A stretch of DNA of 64,000 bases from Pelomyxa schiedti (lineage: Eukaryota; Protista; Evosea). The notes under the pieces were generated by a model. That model was not told the origin of the DNA. It did not search any database and was given only the letters and a program-made list of their open reading frames with translations. A program made the translations under genes and the position numbers. Location of the stretch: assembly GCA_020536535.1 (NCBI GenBank), contig JAHLWZ010000079.1, positions 1 to 64,000 on the forward strand, given 5' to 3'. Positions 59,651-64,000 of the stretch are shown here, in pieces (the first letter of the stretch is position 1; each line of letters starts with the position of its first letter).

Positions 59651-61789
59651 ATGGGGCAAGCGGTACACACGGGTGGCACGCACCCATACAAGAACATTGA
59701 GGAGCGAGTAAAACCCAGGGGAGGAATGTCACCCGAACGGTACAGCTGGATCAGGGAGCAACTGCGGGCACAGTACCGTTGCGATAGCACAAGCAACCCA
59801 TGCAGGTTTACGCTCAAGCTGTTCGGAGCCGCGGTGGAAGGTGGCCCCCGCGGGGCCCACAGGGCGTCCAAGCTGGCCGCCGCGACGCCGGTGGGACAGG
59901 AGTGCTCGACGTCGTGGTCGCGTTGGAACAACACCCACAAGACCAGCCTCAGCGTCCTCCACGTGTGCGCACTCCTTGGCCACGTCGACGTGATGGGTGC
60001 AATCCTCGGTGCTTGGGCCCAGAGGGCCCCCCCTGCCTCGTCCTCGCCATCACTGCCACAGTCTCCGCCGTTGCGGCCACTTGATGGACTTGTGACAGAT
60101 CCGAGGAGGGACGGAGAAGAGCCTGGAGGAGAGATGGAAAACGCCGGCGAAGGAACACAGAGAGCGAGGGCCGAGAGAGTCCAGTGGCTTGTAGATGGGA
60201 CCGGGAGTGGCAACTGCACTGCGTTGGTTTATGCTGTGCAAGAGGGAAACATTGGAGCGGCCGAGTGCCTGTTGCGGGAGTGGGTTGCGGATCCTAGTGT
60301 CTTGTGTGACCCAAATTCGGGAAACCCTTTTGTGATTCTACCCAAAGTCCCTGGTACGGACCGGCTATCTGTGCTCCACCTCGCTGCGTTCCATAACAAT
60401 TACGAGATGGCCGAGTTGATACTGTCCTGCTCACATGGCCGGAAACTAGATACGTTGATGAACTCTCCTGGAGACGGGAAGCTGCGGGCACTTGATGTTG
60501 CCATCTACTGTGGGCACATAGAAGTAGTGAGGCTTATACTCGATCCTCGGTGGGGAACAAAGCCCAAGAAATCTCCATTATTGTTTTGCAGCCGAATTTC
60601 TGACAGAGCCGAAATCCTTTCGATATTGTGCCAACATTATACCAAGGGATTGTGCGACGCTTTTATATCTTGCCTCAGCAATCCATCTTACTGGAAAGTG
60701 CTAATGGCACACCCAAACTTGTCTCAGTGCATAAACATACACTCAAAAGATGGAGCAACACCATTATTTGCCGCGACCGTACGGGAATACCCGGATATTG
60801 CCCTGAAGCTTCTGGATCTTGGTGCGGACCCAAATATTTCATGCCGAGGTTTAACGCCTTACTGGTGCACGTTTGAGGAAAATCTGAGAACCCCCATTGT
60901 AATGGCTGTAGGGACTAACCAACAATCCTTGGTAAGAGAAATGGCCAGACATGGGGGAATTCTTCAAGAAGAGTTCTGCCATTTATGGGGGAAAGGTGAC
61001 CCTCTTTTTTCCCTCGCTTCTTATCTTGATGGTAATTCTAGTGATTTGACGCCAACGAATTCCTAACTTCCCATTGCGCAAGGATCGTGGGCGGAACACA
61101 TCAGAGCACAAACTGCATACGAGAGTGAACTTCCACCTGCTCCTGGCCCTCACACGCAACTGCTTTTATCTCTTTCCCTCAGTGAAGCAGTTCCCACCGC
61201 TACTATTGAGTTCTGCTTTATCTTTTTTTTACCTCTCCTTTACCTTCTGTAGGAACGACCCCTCCATTATGTCTTTGCTCATTCATTTTACTCCCGAAAT
61301 GACCGGTGTGCTGGAGTTTTTGGATATCAAATCTCTTGGGCGCATTCAACAAACATCGCGGTTTTGGTGTCTCTTTCACACTTTTACACTTATCCCTTTC
61401 TCACTACAGCCCCAGGTATCACTTTGGGAGAACCAACTCTTTGTGGAAGGTTTTTTAAGTGCTTTTTGGCGTTCCTAATTTCTCCCCCTTCCAGTCTGCC
61501 CTACTGAATACAAGCCGCTCCTGGGACACTGAGCAGCAATCACACGTTCAGTGGCAAGTTTTGCACTTGGACACCAATATAAAGGCATGCACACAATTTC
61601 CATACTCATACAGCTCACCATACTCAGTGGAAACATGCATGCTTCTACTGGATGGCAAAAAATCTCTGTAAGGGTTGTAATCTAATGTACCGCAATTATC
61701 ATCCCGGAACATGTGGGACAGACCCCCAAGGACAACACAAGCCTACAGTATTTATGCCGGAACTTGCCCAGTTCAAAAAGAAGTCATAG
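59651..61789 (+). CDS. Ankyrin-repeat protein with spliced C-terminal F-box
   Basis: ANK repeats (SVLHVCA, TALVYAV, SVLHLAA, GATPLFAA...GADPNI) in a long first exon. Introns 61032-61082 and 61210-61252 keep frame into FTPEMTGVLEFLDIKSLGRIQQTSR..RTNSLWK. Stop at 61787-61789. The unspliced ORF ends at 61066. Confidence 0.7.
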
Positions 61790-61792
61790 TTT

Positions 61793-64000
61793 TCAAGGAG
61801 TTTGGATCATTTTAAAGAATTCCTTTCTTGTCATGTGTGGTGGTGTGTGTGTCCCAAATCCTTCTGGAATCAGTATTATGTCTGCTGACTGCTCTTCAGA
61901 AATCAATTCTCCTTTGCCCTGGAATAAATAAGCTTTTGAAGTATGGATGGCATACTAAACCAAATGTATGAGTGTGGTGAACAGTTTTTGAGAATAACTA
62001 GGATCGGCTTTGAAAGCCTCTGTGAAGTAAATTTTCTTCCCACTAATAGCGGATTTTGTAGTTTGAATTCCGTACCTGTACAAAGAAATGAGTTCTAAGG
62101 CATTACGGATCGAGCGGAAGTGAACTTTTTTTCTGGCAATAGGTGGCCTGCCTCCTTTGAGTGGTATAGCCACTGTGGGCTTATTACCCACCGGCCACCA
62201 AGTAGGGAAGCACAGAGTGTTTGTATTGATGCGGTACCGGCTGATGCAACTACGTGTGTAATTGATGGTTTGAAGCTGTTATCTTCTTGGAGCCTGTGAA
62301 CATTGAGCTCAATGTGAGGCGAGGTGAAAACATACGGGGTGGCGGAGAAAGATCGCGCAATTTGTGCTAGGTCTTCCACTTGACTTCTGTCTTTCAGACT
62401 AAAGGCAATTACTTTGCTGGGAGTAGCTTCTGCTTCTTTTTCCGATTTGGGAGTGCTATCTTTAGTTGTGGACTGTGTGTGGGATGTGCTTGCTTCCCCC
62501 GGTGCCTTGGGTGCGGAAATAGTTTCATTCCTCCTCCTCTTGGGTGCTGGTCGCTCTGGTGTTTCTATCGGAACCGAAGTCTCATTGGTTTCTGTGTCTG
62601 ACTGCTTTTCTTTCATGCTTTCTTTTTTTCTCTTGCGCTTTCCCTCTTCACGTCTTTCTTTGGCAGAAGCGAGAATTAGTGCTGCTGTTTGAGTATCAGG
62701 TTTTCCAGTGCTCTGACTCTGCTGAGACAAGGGTATTTTATGGGATAGCACAAATTCTTCGCCGTCTTGCTGGCCTTGCCAGTCTGCCTAAACTAGGATG
62801 AGAGTAGCATTAAACATATTTGTACACTACATTTCTTGGCTGATTTGTACAGGACTTTTCAACTTGGAAACCTTAGAAGGAAAAAAGAAGGGAAGGAAAT
62901 GTACGGGCCGCAACCGCACTCACAACGGACTGGTGAAAAGCTTCTAAAGGAGCGGAGTAACACACCTGGTGTTGAACATTCACATTAGCATAGCAAATTA
63001 AACAACTTCATACTTGCAAATGCTGGGGAATGATGGACTTGAGTTGTGAGAGTACTGTTATATCAGCTTGGTCAACAAAGAGATATTTAAATGCGACCTC
63101 TACCATAGAAGTATCTGCATTGGTCAACTTTTAAGAAGACCACGGCTACGCCTTACACTTTGGATGAGATGCTATGTATTCAAAAAGAGATAAGGCCATT
63201 GATGCGTGGCAACTTTCGTTATGGCTTGTGTGGCGTTAGGTCGATGAATGGAAATGGTGCGTTGTTACCCTGGGAGATGTGAACCGCTTTTGCCTGTCAA
63301 CTCACACAAGAAGGCTGACACCTTTTCTATCTCGATGGTGTTTTTGGGGTTTTTAATGTTGTGTGACAGCACTGCTACTAAGGTAGGAAGGAAGCTGTGA
63401 GCAATGACGTCCTGATGCCTACGCTAATGTCATCTTGCGTAAAGGAACCAAAAAGCTCACTTGTCATGGTTTGGAGTACCATATGCATACTTTCGAAAGA
63501 AAACAGATAGACATGTGCGAATGGTCTCTTGCTTTAGCCATGGAGAGAAATATTTGAGTACCAGATTGGAAAATACATCTCCACAGGATACTGTATCACT
63601 GTGCAAGAGCTTAACCAATCCTTCGATAGAAACAGAAGATAGCTCTTCGCTGTCCAAAGAACTAGTAAAACTCACTATGACATCCAGTGTGCGACCGTTT
63701 TCGGTGGAATGTTTGGAGTCTTTTAGCTAGGTGATCAATTAATTTATGCGTAAGGACAAGTATTCAAGGCTGCATGCATTGGAAGAAATCTTTAGAGGAG
63801 TAAGACCGAATGCCAGCATCAAATCTAATACAATCTTTGTGTCTCTGAACAAAATATTGAAAACCCCTACTATACTACTTTTAGAGCATGGACTCGAATT
63901 GTTGGCAAGTCATTCTCTAAAACTTTCAGGAATAAGAATAAATAGTCCTGTGCATATTTCTTGGGAGAGTTAGCGATAGAAAAGAAAGTGGGACTTGACC
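61793..64000 (-). CDS. Condensin subunit CAP-G (Cnd3/Ycg1), C-terminal part with tandem BRCT; 5' end outside the window
   Basis: Cnd3-like VSIEGLVKLL...NLVLKYFSP...IRTCLSVFFRKYA...QDVIAHSFLPTL, then a basic linker, then BRCT ITHVV...TLCASLLGGRWVISPQWLYHSKEAGHLLPE. Spliced stop at 61793. Confidence 0.7.

Overview
Eukaryotic, very gene-dense genomic DNA with many short GT-AG introns (mostly about 40-60 nt; at least one clear and one probable GC-AG intron). The ORF track therefore shows only fragments and antisense shadows of the real genes. Manual splicing gives about 23 protein-coding genes: RhoGAP with a probable propeller region (partial), mitochondrial carrier, GPI-type surface protein, MFS transporter, TKL kinase-Ig/ASH-like-pseudoRhoGAP, F-box-SH2, MYND-finger protein, Sel1-repeat protein, NPHP4, THOC7, CudA-like factor, DNAJC17, CH-3xPH protein, SLC35F6, SRF MADS-box factor, PRP8, Rab6, PP2C-like protein, TMEM234, SEY1, rubrerythrin, ankyrin-F-box, and condensin CAP-G with tandem BRCT (partial). 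CudA-like (amoebozoan), NPHP4 (ciliary) and rubrerythrin (anaerobe) together suggest a flagellated archamoeba such as Pelomyxa; this is inference. No rRNA, tRNA, CRISPR or transposon was recognised. The strongest leads are unusual domain architectures that only appear after splicing, extremely tight gene junctions (3, 19 and 41 nt), and a GC-rich multi-hairpin intergenic element. All gene models are by eye and need transcript confirmation.
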